A DNA stretch of 13,931 bases, taken from the NCBI GenBank assembly GCA_050125095.1, contig JASFEA010000085.1, positions 1 through 13,931 of the forward strand. The letters are read 5' to 3'. Of the stretch, positions 1 through 7,775 are shown piece by piece. The stretch is from a bacterium (GTDB taxonomy: Bacteria > Arandabacterota > Arandabacteria > Arandabacterales > JALGWA01). A program made the translations under genes and the position numbers. Positions within the stretch are counted from its first letter, which is position 1, and the number at the start of each line of letters is the position of its first letter. Under the pieces are notes generated by a model, which saw nothing but the letters and a program-made list of their open reading frames with translations, was not told the origin of the DNA and did not search any database.

Positions 1-2092
1 GCCCGAGCCGCATAAGAAGAGCCGCCTTGGCGTGAACCGCCGGCGAATACGAGTCGTCCGCCGCGAGAGCCCGGTCGAGATACTCGAGGGCCTCATCGTA
101 CCTTGCCATGGCCTCAAGCGTGGCCCCCATGCCCAGATTGGCGGTCAGGCTCTTCTCATCCAGGTCGAGGGCCTTTTCATAATGGTCGAGCGCCCTGGCG
201 TAGTCCCCCTTTGTCCTGTAGGTATTCCCGAGATTGACATGTACGATGCCGGGTTCGGGGTTGCCCCGAAGCGCCTTCCGGTATTCGGCGATTGCATCGT
301 CGTAGCGCCCGTTCATGGAGTGCACATTGGCGAGCGCGAAATGCGCGTAGAAGTAATCCGGTTCGGCTTCGAGGGCCGCGTATATGAGATCCTCGGCCCG
401 CTCCGGATCGCCGACTTCGAAGTAGAGCCTGGAAGCTTCGACGTTGGTGATGGCGTCGTCGCAGGCGAGCTCCGCGACCCTGTCGAGATTGGCGCGGGCG
501 CTTTCCGTGTCGCCCCCGGTAATGTCATATCTCGAGAGGTGGAGCAGGTACTCGGCGCTCAGGACCCGCGAGTAGTAATCGCGCATCTCCTTTCCCACGC
601 CTCTTACGGTGTAATCGCGGGGCGGAGGGCAATTCGCCCCGGCGCCGTACAGCGCGTAGACCATGCCGCAGATGCGCGTGTCGCCACCCATGGACGCCGC
701 CTTGCTGCCAGCGAGTACGGCTATGCGCGACGCGCCGTAGTTCTGCCCGGCGACTATTATGGCCTCGTCCAGGCTCTCTATGGGTGCGTTTCCCCCGATC
801 AGGGACGGGTCTGACGTCCCGGGGGCGAATGCCGTCACTTCATATCCCTCAACCAGCGCCGCGTAGAGAAGCGGCAGGCCCACGAATTCCCCGGATGCCA
901 TGATAATCGGCTTCTCGCCGCAGGCCTGAATTGCGCTCTCGCAAACCGCGACCGCGAAATCGCGTGCCAGCCATTCATCTTGCCTGGGCGTCAATGTGAC
1001 CGCGCCTATTATGAATACAATAAGAACTCCGGCGGCGACAACGGCGGCAGCCCATTGCGTCCTCTTCTTAATTGCCGACGCCACATACTGCGCGCCCAGT
1101 CCTGCGAACACGGCGAGCCCGATTACCGCCGGGACTACGTGGCCTTCGATATCATGCGTCTGGTATACGGCCGAGTGCACCGCGTAGAAAAGCACAAGAC
1201 ATACGAGCGGAATGGCGAGGCTGTATCTGCGTATGTGCGTTACCAGGCCGGCTACCGACAGGAGGACAAGGGGGATGCCGATCCCGGCGCCGACCATCTT
1301 CAGGAAGCCGACCATGTCGCCGAGTCGCGGGCCCGGCTCGAAGGGCTTGAGCCGCCAGCCGTAGCGCCGGCCGAGTACATGCGAGACGAAGCCGTCCAGG
1401 GTTTGAGTCTCGCCCCATGTAAGCGGCGGGTGCTGGCTCGCCCGTACCGGTATGTATATCCACAAGCTCGCCCCGAGGAGAAGCATGAAGACTCCCATGA
1501 GAAGCGCCCCGGGCCCGGGAAGGCGCCTCGAGCCAAGCAGCATGAGGAGCAGGGCGGCCACGAACGCATAGACGAGCGCCGTGTGATGCGACACAGAGAC
1601 GCCGCCCACAAAAGCGAGCAGCACGAATGCCCTGTCGCCCCACTTCTTTCCCATGAATGCGATATAGAAAAGAAGAACCGTCAGCAGCGCGCCCATGGCG
1701 TAGACTTCTGCTTCCACCGCCTGTAGCCAGAATATCTCCTTAACGGCGAGCGCCAGGGTGACGCCGGCCGCGATTAGGCAGTCCACTCCGAGGTTTCTTA
1801 GAAGGCGGTAGAGCAGCGCGACCGCCAGGGCGGCGAATACGGCCGAGAGCAGGTTGTACCTGTATGCCATCGATCCCACGGGCAAGGCCGAGGAGAAGAG
1901 CTTGCCGAGCATGAGGTAAAGAGGACTTCCGGGAGTGTGGGCTATGCTGAGCGTCCGCGACGCCGCCACGAGCTCGCCGCTGTCCCCCGGGAGAATGGTC
2001 GGCGGCAGCAGCAATATGTAAATGACAAGCGTCAGGACAAAGACCGCCGCCGCTACTATCGCTGTCTCTCTATTCCGCGCTTCAGCAGTCAC
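1..2092 (-). CDS. DUF2723 / TMEM260-like multi-pass membrane glycosyltransferase (GT-C fold) with C-terminal TPR repeats; 3' end truncated by window edge
   Basis: Translated by hand: GTG at 2092 (AAGAAGG RBS-like sequence upstream), 697 codons with no stop to the window edge, which is why the ORF track lacks it. N-terminus has LLPPTILPGDSGELVAASRTLSIAHTPGSPLYLMLGKLF, AYRYNLLSAVF, FWLQAVEAEVY, SHH and YIPVRASQHPPLTWG (DUF2723-type motifs) plus many hydrophobic segments. C-terminal part has TPR-like units such as AHFALANVHSMNGRYDDAIAEYRKAL and VHVNLGNTYRTKGDYARALDHYEKALDLD. Confidence 0.88.
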   Translation of the reverse strand, partial: MTAEARNRETAIVAAAVFVLTLVIYILLLPPTILPGDSGELVAASRTLSIAHTPGSPLYLMLGKLFSSALPVGSMAYRYNLLSAVFAALAVALLYRLLRNLGVDCLIAAGVTLALAVKEIFWLQAVEAEVYAMGALLTVLLFYIAFMGKKWGDRAFVLLAFVGGVSVSHHTALVYAFVAALLLMLLGSRRLPGPGALLMGVFMLLLGASLWIYIPVRASQHPPLTWGETQTLDGFVSHVLGRRYGWRLKPFEPGPRLGDMVGFLKMVGAGIGIPLVLLSVAGLVTHIRRYSLAIPLVCLVLFYAVHSAVYQTHDIEGHVVPAVIGLAVFAGLGAQYVASAIKKRTQWAAAVVAAGVLIVFIIGAVTLTPRQDEWLARDFAVAVCESAIQACGEKPIIMASGEFVGLPLLYAALVEGYEVTAFAPGTSDPSLIGGNAPIESLDEAIIVAGQNYGASRIAVLAGSKAASMGGDTRICGMVYALYGAGANCPPPRDYTVRGVGKEMRDYYSRVLSAEYLLHLSRYDITGGDTESARANLDRVAELACDDAITNVEASRLYFEVGDPERAEDLIYAALEAEPDYFYAHFALANVHSMNGRYDDAIAEYRKALRGNPEPGIVHVNLGNTYRTKGDYARALDHYEKALDLDEKSLTANLGMGATLEAMARYDEALEYLDRALAADDSYSPAVHAKAALLMRLG

Positions 2093-2129
2093 AATAGAAC
2101 CTTCTTAAGACCTCCGGCGCCGAAACGGC

Positions 2130-2158
2130 ATATTAGCATAAGGGTATTGCCGCGACAA
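2130..2158 (-). promoter_or_regulatory. putative sigma70-type promoter for the DUF2723/TPR gene
   Basis: Minus strand TTGTCG (2158-2153), 17-nt spacer, TAATAT (2135-2130) preceded by an extended -10 TGn; lies in the AT-richer gap after the rimO stop. Confidence 0.55.
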
Positions 2159-2167
2159 CGCAGAACC

Positions 2168-3559
2168 TCAGGCGCGGCCCGCGCAGACGGCTTCGATATG
2201 CCCCCATGCCGTATAGCCCATGACCTTCGCCATGACGAACTCGCCGCACGCCGCGCTCGAGCCTGCGACATTGACCCTCCGGTCGACATCCGGTGCGTCA
2301 TACTGCGAGCGGCCCACCACGCTCCCGGCCCCGGCCTTCTCCTCGACGAGCACTTCGATCTCCCTGCCGACGAGCCCCGCGATACGCTTCTCCGAGATCT
2401 CTTCCTGCAATCTTACGATTTCGATGAGGCGTTCCTGCCTTATGAAATCCGGGACCTCTCCCGGCAGCCTCTCTGCGGGGGTCTGGGGCTGGGGCGAGAA
2501 CTCGAACGCGCCTATGAGGTCGAATTCGACGTCCTTTAAGAACTTCATCAGGAACTCGAAGTCCACCTCCCTCTCGCCCGGGAAGCCCACGATGACCGAG
2601 GTCCTTATGGCGAGGTCGGGAACGCGTTGCCTCATGTAGGCGATCTTATGGCGAATGGCGTCGGGGTCCGGGTTCCTGCCCATTGCCTTGAGAACCGCCG
2701 GCGAAGCGTGCTGTACGGGCAGGTCGATGTAGCGGCAGATGTTCGAGTGGCCGGCGATGACGTCGGCTATACCGGGGTCGAGGTTGTCGGGATGCGCGTA
2801 GCACATCCTTATCCAGTGCGCCCCGCTCTCGCGGGCGAGCCGCTCTACGAGGTCGCCGAGAGCCGGCCTGCCGAGGTCCTTCCCGTATGAGGCGATGTCC
2901 TGGCCCGCGAGGACGAGTTCGCGAGCGCCCTCGCCGACGAGCATCCTGGCCTCAGCCACCACTTCATCCGCCTCCCTGCTCCTCAGGTTCCCCCGCATCT
3001 GGGGTATGGTGCAGTAGGTGCACTGGTTGTCGCAACCGTGGCATAAGAGCAGCGTCCTCGTCCACTTTATCTCCCCGCCGGGGTCCCGTTCGCAACCGGG
3101 CTCGAAGTCGATGAAGGGCCGGGTGAGCCATACCTTGCGCACCTCTTCGCCCTGAAGCACGTACTCGATTATCTCGGGCAAGAGGGCGAGCGAGCTCGCG
3201 CCCACGAAGGTGTCGACCTCGGGGATGGAATCGGCCAGGTCATCACCGTACTTCTCGGGAAGACAACCAGTGACTATGACCGCGCGGGCCGAGCCCGACT
3301 TCTTTATCTCGACGGCGCTCAGAATATCCTCTATCGATTCCCGCTTGGCGTCGTCGACGAAGCCGCATCCCCAGGTCACGATCACGGCTGCGTCCTCAGG
3401 CCGCTCAACGATCTGGAAACCCCGGGACCTTATGAGGTAGGCGAGCTTCTCGATGTCGACCGCCGCCTTGGGGCATGGAGAGGTAAGGAGAAAGACCCTC
3501 GCGCCCTTTGCGGGATCTACGGGGTTTTCGGGGCCGGAGTCGTCTGCCGGAGATATCAT
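2168..3559 (-). CDS. rimO: RimO-like radical SAM methylthiotransferase (ribosomal protein S12 type), divergent
   Basis: UPF0004 domain with three Cys (CPK, CGF..A.RES, VTGCL), radical SAM motif CDNQCTYC-TIP.MRG, QD..SYG.DL, YIDLPVQH, IRTSVIVGFPGE, and a TRAM domain with RimO-type GRSQYDAPDVD. ATG overlaps the ftsK stop (ATGA). Confidence 0.82.
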   Translation of the reverse strand: MISPADDSGPENPVDPAKGARVFLLTSPCPKAAVDIEKLAYLIRSRGFQIVERPEDAAVIVTWGCGFVDDAKRESIEDILSAVEIKKSGSARAVIVTGCLPEKYGDDLADSIPEVDTFVGASSLALLPEIIEYVLQGEEVRKVWLTRPFIDFEPGCERDPGGEIKWTRTLLLCHGCDNQCTYCTIPQMRGNLRSREADEVVAEARMLVGEGARELVLAGQDIASYGKDLGRPALGDLVERLARESGAHWIRMCYAHPDNLDPGIADVIAGHSNICRYIDLPVQHASPAVLKAMGRNPDPDAIRHKIAYMRQRVPDLAIRTSVIVGFPGEREVDFEFLMKFLKDVEFDLIGAFEFSPQPQTPAERLPGEVPDFIRQERLIEIVRLQEEISEKRIAGLVGREIEVLVEEKAGAGSVVGRSQYDAPDVDRRVNVAGSSAACGEFVMAKVMGYTAWGHIEAVCAGRA

Positions 3560-5766
3560 CCCTTGGGTATGGCGTCTATGTCGTTAATCAGCACCTGCCT
3601 CGCCTTGCTGCCCTCGAAGGGGCCCACAATGCCCGCTTCCTCCAGAAGGTCGATAAGCCGCGCCGCGCGGGAGTACCCCACGCGCAGCCTGCGCTGCAGA
3701 ATGGACACCGATCCCTGCTGGGTGGTCACAACGATCTGCGCGGCTTCCTGGAAGAGGTCGTCCTGGCGGGCGAGCGGTATATCCTTTGTCTCCGGGGTCT
3801 CCAGCGAGAAGCCCGGCTGCGCAAGATGCGACTGCGCGTTCAGGAACTCCACGAGGTCGCGGGTCTCGGCGGAGGAGACAAAGGCGCCGTGTATTCTCAA
3901 GGGCTCTGCCGTGGCAGGCGGCAGGAAGAGCATGTCGCCCTTGCCGAGCAGCACCTCGGCCCCGTTGCCGTCCAGTATTGTGCGCGAGTCGATGCGGGAG
4001 GCGACCTTGAATGCGATCCTGCAGGGGAGGTTGGCCTTTATGACTCCGGTTATGACATCAACGGACGGCCGCTGCGTGGCTACTACAAGGTGAATGCCCA
4101 CAGCCCGGGCCATCTGCGCGAGCTTGGCGACGGCCATCTCCAGGTCCTGCGGCACCGACAGCATGAGGTCGGCCAGCTCGTCTATGATGACCACGATGAA
4201 CGGGAGCTCCCCGTCGAGGGCCTGAATGTTCCGGACGCCCCGGCCGGCGAGAAGCTTGTACCTCATGTCCATCTCCTCGATAACCCAGTGCAGCGCCCTC
4301 ACGGCCTTCTTGGGCTCGGTAACCACCTCGCACAGGAGATGCGGAATGCCCTTGTATATGCTGAGCTCGAGGCGCTTGGGGTCTATTAGCAGGAGCTGCA
4401 CTTCCCTGGGCGAGTTCCGGTAGACGAGGCTCGTGATGATGCTGTTGATACATACGCTCTTCCCCGAACCCGTCGCCCCCGCGATGAGAAGATGCGGCAT
4501 CTTCTCGAGATCTGCCGTATAGGGCTTGCCCGAGACGTCCCTGCCCAGGGCGATCTCCAGCCTCGACGTGGAGGAGGCGAATTTCTTGGACGCCAGTATC
4601 TCCTTCATGGTGACGATGCAGGGGTTCCTGTTGGGAACTTCAATGCCTATGGTGCCCTTCCCGGGTATGGGGGCGAGTATCCTTATGCTCGTGGCTTTAA
4701 GCGCCAGCGCGAGGTCGTCGGCGAGGTTCACTACCTGGTGAACCTTGACCCCGCTCCCGGGCTCGAGCTCGAAACGCGTGATCACCGGACCCGGGTGTAT
4801 CTCGACGACCCGCGCCTCCACGCCGAATATGCCGAGCTTGCTCTCGAGAGTGGTGGCCAGGTCGCGCAGCTCGTCCTCGCTCATGGTCGCCGCGCCCTCG
4901 GGGTCCTTGAAGAGCGAAAGCGGCGGGTATTCGTACTCCTCGTCCGCCCCTGCCTCCTTATCTGTGGTCAGGGGCTCGGAGTGAGCCCTCCCCATGACGG
5001 GCCCGCGGGCTTTCTTCGCGGGCGCCTCCTCCCCGCGCTTTATGAGCCGGAGCTTCTGCTTGAAGAGACTCGGTTCCCCGTCTCTCTCCGCCACCTCGGG
5101 TTCGGCCGCCGCGGCTTCGGCCCGGGCCCCGGGTTGCTCCGCGGGCTCGGGACGAGGTTTTCGCAACGGCGCGGCCCTGGCGGCCGGTTTCCTCGCGGGA
5201 AGCCTGAGTATCCCGGGTCTGAGCGCCAGGATTCGCCTGACCGGGATTTCCCTGGCTCGTGAAGGTATTCCCGTAATGAAGTCCTCGAGCTTCAGGGCTC
5301 CCTCTCTCAGGCTGAAACCCGTCGTAAGGGCGAAGAAAATTACCAGCCCCGTTATGGTGGCAATCTCGGTTCCCGGGGTACCCACGACGCCGTGGACCCG
5401 GCGGGCGAATGCCGCTCCCAGCCCGCCCCCCAGGTTGACGCCCGCGGGATCGCCCCCGCCGAGGTTATATGAGAAAATGGATAATGTTGCGCATACCGCA
5501 CCCACAAGCAGCGTGAAGAAGACACCCTGCTTGACCGGCTTGCCCGTGAGCAGCCGCCAGCCCCAGTAGAGACCCAGCACCGCAACCGCCCAGCTCAGAT
5601 GATTGAACAGGGGATAGATATTGCCGCTGAAGAAAGCGTTGAGCCTGGCACCGGAATCGTCACCGCCCATATACACCAGTATGACGCTCACAACCCATAT
5701 TATGCTGAGGGAGATGAGGACAACGCCGAGTACGGATACTGTTCTCTCGCGATTGCCTGAGGACAT
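3556..5766 (-). CDS. ftsK: DNA translocase FtsK/SpoIIIE
   Basis: N-terminal TM segments, Pro/Ala/Arg-rich linker, GPVITRFE alpha domain, Walker A GATGSGKS, LIDPKRLEL, Walker B IIDELADLM, TQRPSVDVITG, gamma domain SVSILQRRLRVGYSRAARLID. Confidence 0.97.
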   Translation of the reverse strand: MSSGNRERTVSVLGVVLISLSIIWVVSVILVYMGGDDSGARLNAFFSGNIYPLFNHLSWAVAVLGLYWGWRLLTGKPVKQGVFFTLLVGAVCATLSIFSYNLGGGDPAGVNLGGGLGAAFARRVHGVVGTPGTEIATITGLVIFFALTTGFSLREGALKLEDFITGIPSRAREIPVRRILALRPGILRLPARKPAARAAPLRKPRPEPAEQPGARAEAAAAEPEVAERDGEPSLFKQKLRLIKRGEEAPAKKARGPVMGRAHSEPLTTDKEAGADEEYEYPPLSLFKDPEGAATMSEDELRDLATTLESKLGIFGVEARVVEIHPGPVITRFELEPGSGVKVHQVVNLADDLALALKATSIRILAPIPGKGTIGIEVPNRNPCIVTMKEILASKKFASSTSRLEIALGRDVSGKPYTADLEKMPHLLIAGATGSGKSVCINSIITSLVYRNSPREVQLLLIDPKRLELSIYKGIPHLLCEVVTEPKKAVRALHWVIEEMDMRYKLLAGRGVRNIQALDGELPFIVVIIDELADLMLSVPQDLEMAVAKLAQMARAVGIHLVVATQRPSVDVITGVIKANLPCRIAFKVASRIDSRTILDGNGAEVLLGKGDMLFLPPATAEPLRIHGAFVSSAETRDLVEFLNAQSHLAQPGFSLETPETKDIPLARQDDLFQEAAQIVVTTQQGSVSILQRRLRVGYSRAARLIDLLEEAGIVGPFEGSKARQVLINDIDAIPKG

Positions 5767-5772
5767 CTGCGC

Positions 5773-6453
5773 CTATCCCTCCCTGGACTTCTCCACTGCC
5801 GCCCTGAGCCTGCCAGCCGCCTCCCGGGGCGAACCCGTGCCTCTTAGGGCCGAAATCACGGCAACCCCGTCTGCGCCATGGCTCATGGGCACATGCGCGT
5901 TCTTCTCGTTTATGCCACCGATGGCCACTATAGGCAAGCTAATTTCTCGCTTGATGGCCCTTATCAGAGTTGGGTCTATGGGGTCGACTCCGGGTTTGAT
6001 GGGCGTACTGAACACGGGTCCCACCCCGATATAGTCGGCCCCCTCCCCGGCGACGCGCCTTGCGTCTTCCAGGGTGCGGGCGCTCGCCCCTATTATGAAG
6101 TCGCGCGCGGCGGCTGCGGCCGTCGGACCGGCGACCTCGCCCAGCACCTCCCTCACGCGCCCCCGGGCCTCGCCCACGGCCATGTCCTCGGCCCCCAGGT
6201 GCACTCCCTCCGACCATACGGTGAGCGCCGTCTCGACATTGTCGTTGATTATGACGGGCACTGCGGCGGGCCTCGCCACTTCCAGCACGCGCAGCGTGAA
6301 TTCAAGCGTTTCAACATCTGAGGCTCCCTTGCATCTGACCTGGATGCAGGTGGCGCCCCCCTCTATGATAAGACTGATGAATTCCTCTATAGCGCATTCC
6401 CGTTCGACGCCGGGGTCCACGATGGCGTAAAGCGATAGGTCAATCCCTGCCAC
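5773..6453 (-). CDS. thiE: thiamine-phosphate synthase
   Basis: LYAIVD, IQVRCK, IIND, GVHLG.EDM, IGAS, ADYIGVGPVF.T..K, VAIGGI and GADGVAVISA motifs; GTG start with GGAGG RBS inside the upstream gene. Confidence 0.92.
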   Translation of the reverse strand: MAGIDLSLYAIVDPGVERECAIEEFISLIIEGGATCIQVRCKGASDVETLEFTLRVLEVARPAAVPVIINDNVETALTVWSEGVHLGAEDMAVGEARGRVREVLGEVAGPTAAAAARDFIIGASARTLEDARRVAGEGADYIGVGPVFSTPIKPGVDPIDPTLIRAIKREISLPIVAIGGINEKNAHVPMSHGADGVAVISALRGTGSPREAAGRLRAAVEKSREG

Positions 6454-6874
6454 TTTCGCCCTCCACGGCCAGGAGGCATGACTTCTCGAGTTCGTACACG
6501 CGGAAGCGCGACCTCTTGAACCTCAGGCTGAGGGCGGGGTCGGCGAGCTTGCTGACTTCCTCCAGGACGCGCAGTCCCTCCTCGGCCCTTCGGAAATTGG
6601 AGATGAGAATCTCCTTAAAATCCGCCCTCGCAGCTTCCCTATCGGTCATGGAATCCCGGCCGGGGTCGCCCGGCACGTCCCGCGCCCGGAGCCCCTGGAG
6701 GTTCTCCCGCAGGATTGCGTCGCAGGCGGCACGCACCTCGTGCCTCTCGTCCTTGAGCGAAGCCGAGAGGTCGCTGCTCTCTACATGAAACCTGAGGACG
6801 TCTTCGATCACGCGGATGGCTTCGCGGACGCGGTTGCAGTTGGCGTCCACTATGCGGGCGGTCTTCTCGTCCAC
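6440..6874 (-). CDS. ThiD2-domain protein (homolog of the N-terminal extension of cyanobacterial-type ThiE), stand-alone
   Basis: RIVDANCNRVREAIRVIED..RF, LK..RH, RD..GDPG, NFRRAEEGLRVLEEVSK and RF.VY.LEK motifs. GTG at 6874 preferred as start (G-rich RBS-like run upstream); the ORF track extends to TTG at 6904. Confidence 0.85.
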   Translation of the reverse strand: MDEKTARIVDANCNRVREAIRVIEDVLRFHVESSDLSASLKDERHEVRAACDAILRENLQGLRARDVPGDPGRDSMTDREAARADFKEILISNFRRAEEGLRVLEEVSKLADPALSLRFKRSRFRVYELEKSCLLAVEGESGRD

Positions 6875-6967
6875 CTTGCTAAGTTCCCCCCGGATGCCGG
6901 CCAAGCGTAGCGCAGCTCAAGCGCTGACATGTCACTCAATCACATGGACGAGAATAACACAACGGGG

Positions 6968-7013
6968 AATTACTCCGAAGCTAATTACTGGTCTGAAGCT
7001 GATCACTGAAGCT
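6968..7013. repeat. three degenerate tandem direct repeats ending in GAAGCT in the comB-thiD2 spacer
   Basis: AATTACT-CC-GAAGCT (6968-6982), AATTACT-GGTCT-GAAGCT (6983-7000), GATCACT-GAAGCT (7001-7013), read directly from the sequence. Confidence 0.5.
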
Positions 7014-7016
7014 CGA

Positions 7017-7775
7017 CTACGCCACCCGCTTCTTGCTTGCCCTCTTGCGCCTGGCCTTCTGCCTGTCAATCCTTCCCTCGCTTACAACGGGAAGCGTGTT
7101 GAGGCTGTCCACGGCCGCGCAGACTTCAAGGTCCTTTTCGAAGCCGATCCCGGCCAGGTACTTGCCGTGCTCGCAGTTCCTCACGAGCTCGGGTACAGAG
7201 GCCTTGTGCTCGAGGTAAAGGAGCCGCGCCGCGACTCCGGCATCATCCAGTTCGACTTCTCCGTCGTTGGCCAGAAGATCGATCATCATCCCCGCGCAGA
7301 CCGCGTCCTCAAGGGCGAACCGCCCCTGCTTCCCGGCGCACAGCAGGCCGATGGGCTTGTCGCCGGCCCTGGCTATGTGCTCGAGCACCGGGCGCATGTT
7401 GGCGAAGCAGCCCACAACTACCTCGTCCGCCTCGCGGGTCTTTGTAATTGCCCTGGTGCCGTTGGTTGTGGAGAGTATGAGGTTCTTGCCCTCGACCACT
7501 TCGCGGGTATACTCAAGCGGTGAATTACCCAGATCGAAACCGTCGATGCGCTTGCCCTCCTTCTCTCCCCCGAGAAGCGTAACCGCCTTATCGAGAGAAG
7601 CGGCGAGCTTGCTTGCGGCCTCCACGCTCTCGACCGGCAATATGCGCTCGCAGCCGTTCGCATGCGCATAGACGATCGTCGTCGACATCCGGAGAACGTC
7701 GATCACAGCGATGAGCTTGCCCTTCACAAGGCTCTCGCTGACTCCGTCATGTGTAAAGAATACCTGTATTTTCAC
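7017..7775 (-). CDS. comB: 2-phosphosulfolactate phosphatase (ComB) family protein
   Basis: VIDVLRMSTTI, LGGEKEG..I.GFDLGNSPLEY, STTNGTRAI, GCFAN, CAG..G.FALEDAVCAG, HG.YL..IGF..DL..C motifs; GTG start directly abuts the accC TAG. Confidence 0.9.
   Translation of the reverse strand: MKIQVFFTHDGVSESLVKGKLIAVIDVLRMSTTIVYAHANGCERILPVESVEAASKLAASLDKAVTLLGGEKEGKRIDGFDLGNSPLEYTREVVEGKNLILSTTNGTRAITKTREADEVVVGCFANMRPVLEHIARAGDKPIGLLCAGKQGRFALEDAVCAGMMIDLLANDGEVELDDAGVAARLLYLEHKASVPELVRNCEHGKYLAGIGFEKDLEVCAAVDSLNTLPVVSEGRIDRQKARRKRASKKRVA

Noticed and set aside
313..2301. Short minus-strand ORFs 313-528, 1152-1643, 1300-1611 and 2089-2301
   Set aside because: Out-of-frame overlaps with the continuous DUF2723/TPR frame or with the rimO 3' end; low-complexity Arg/Ser/Pro-rich translations.
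6442..6904. Both thiD2 (ORF-track start) and thiE begin with MAGI
   Set aside because: Codons differ (TTG GCC GGC ATC versus GTG GCA GGG ATT) and thiD2 more likely starts at 6874, so this looks coincidental.
6968..7013. Repeats considered as a mini-CRISPR array
   Set aside because: Units are only 13-18 bp, degenerate, lack spacers, and no cas genes are nearby.
6875..7016. Possible TPP riboswitch upstream of thiD2-thiE
   Set aside because: The conserved CTGAGA and ACCTGA elements are not present on the minus strand; an Rfam scan would be decisive.
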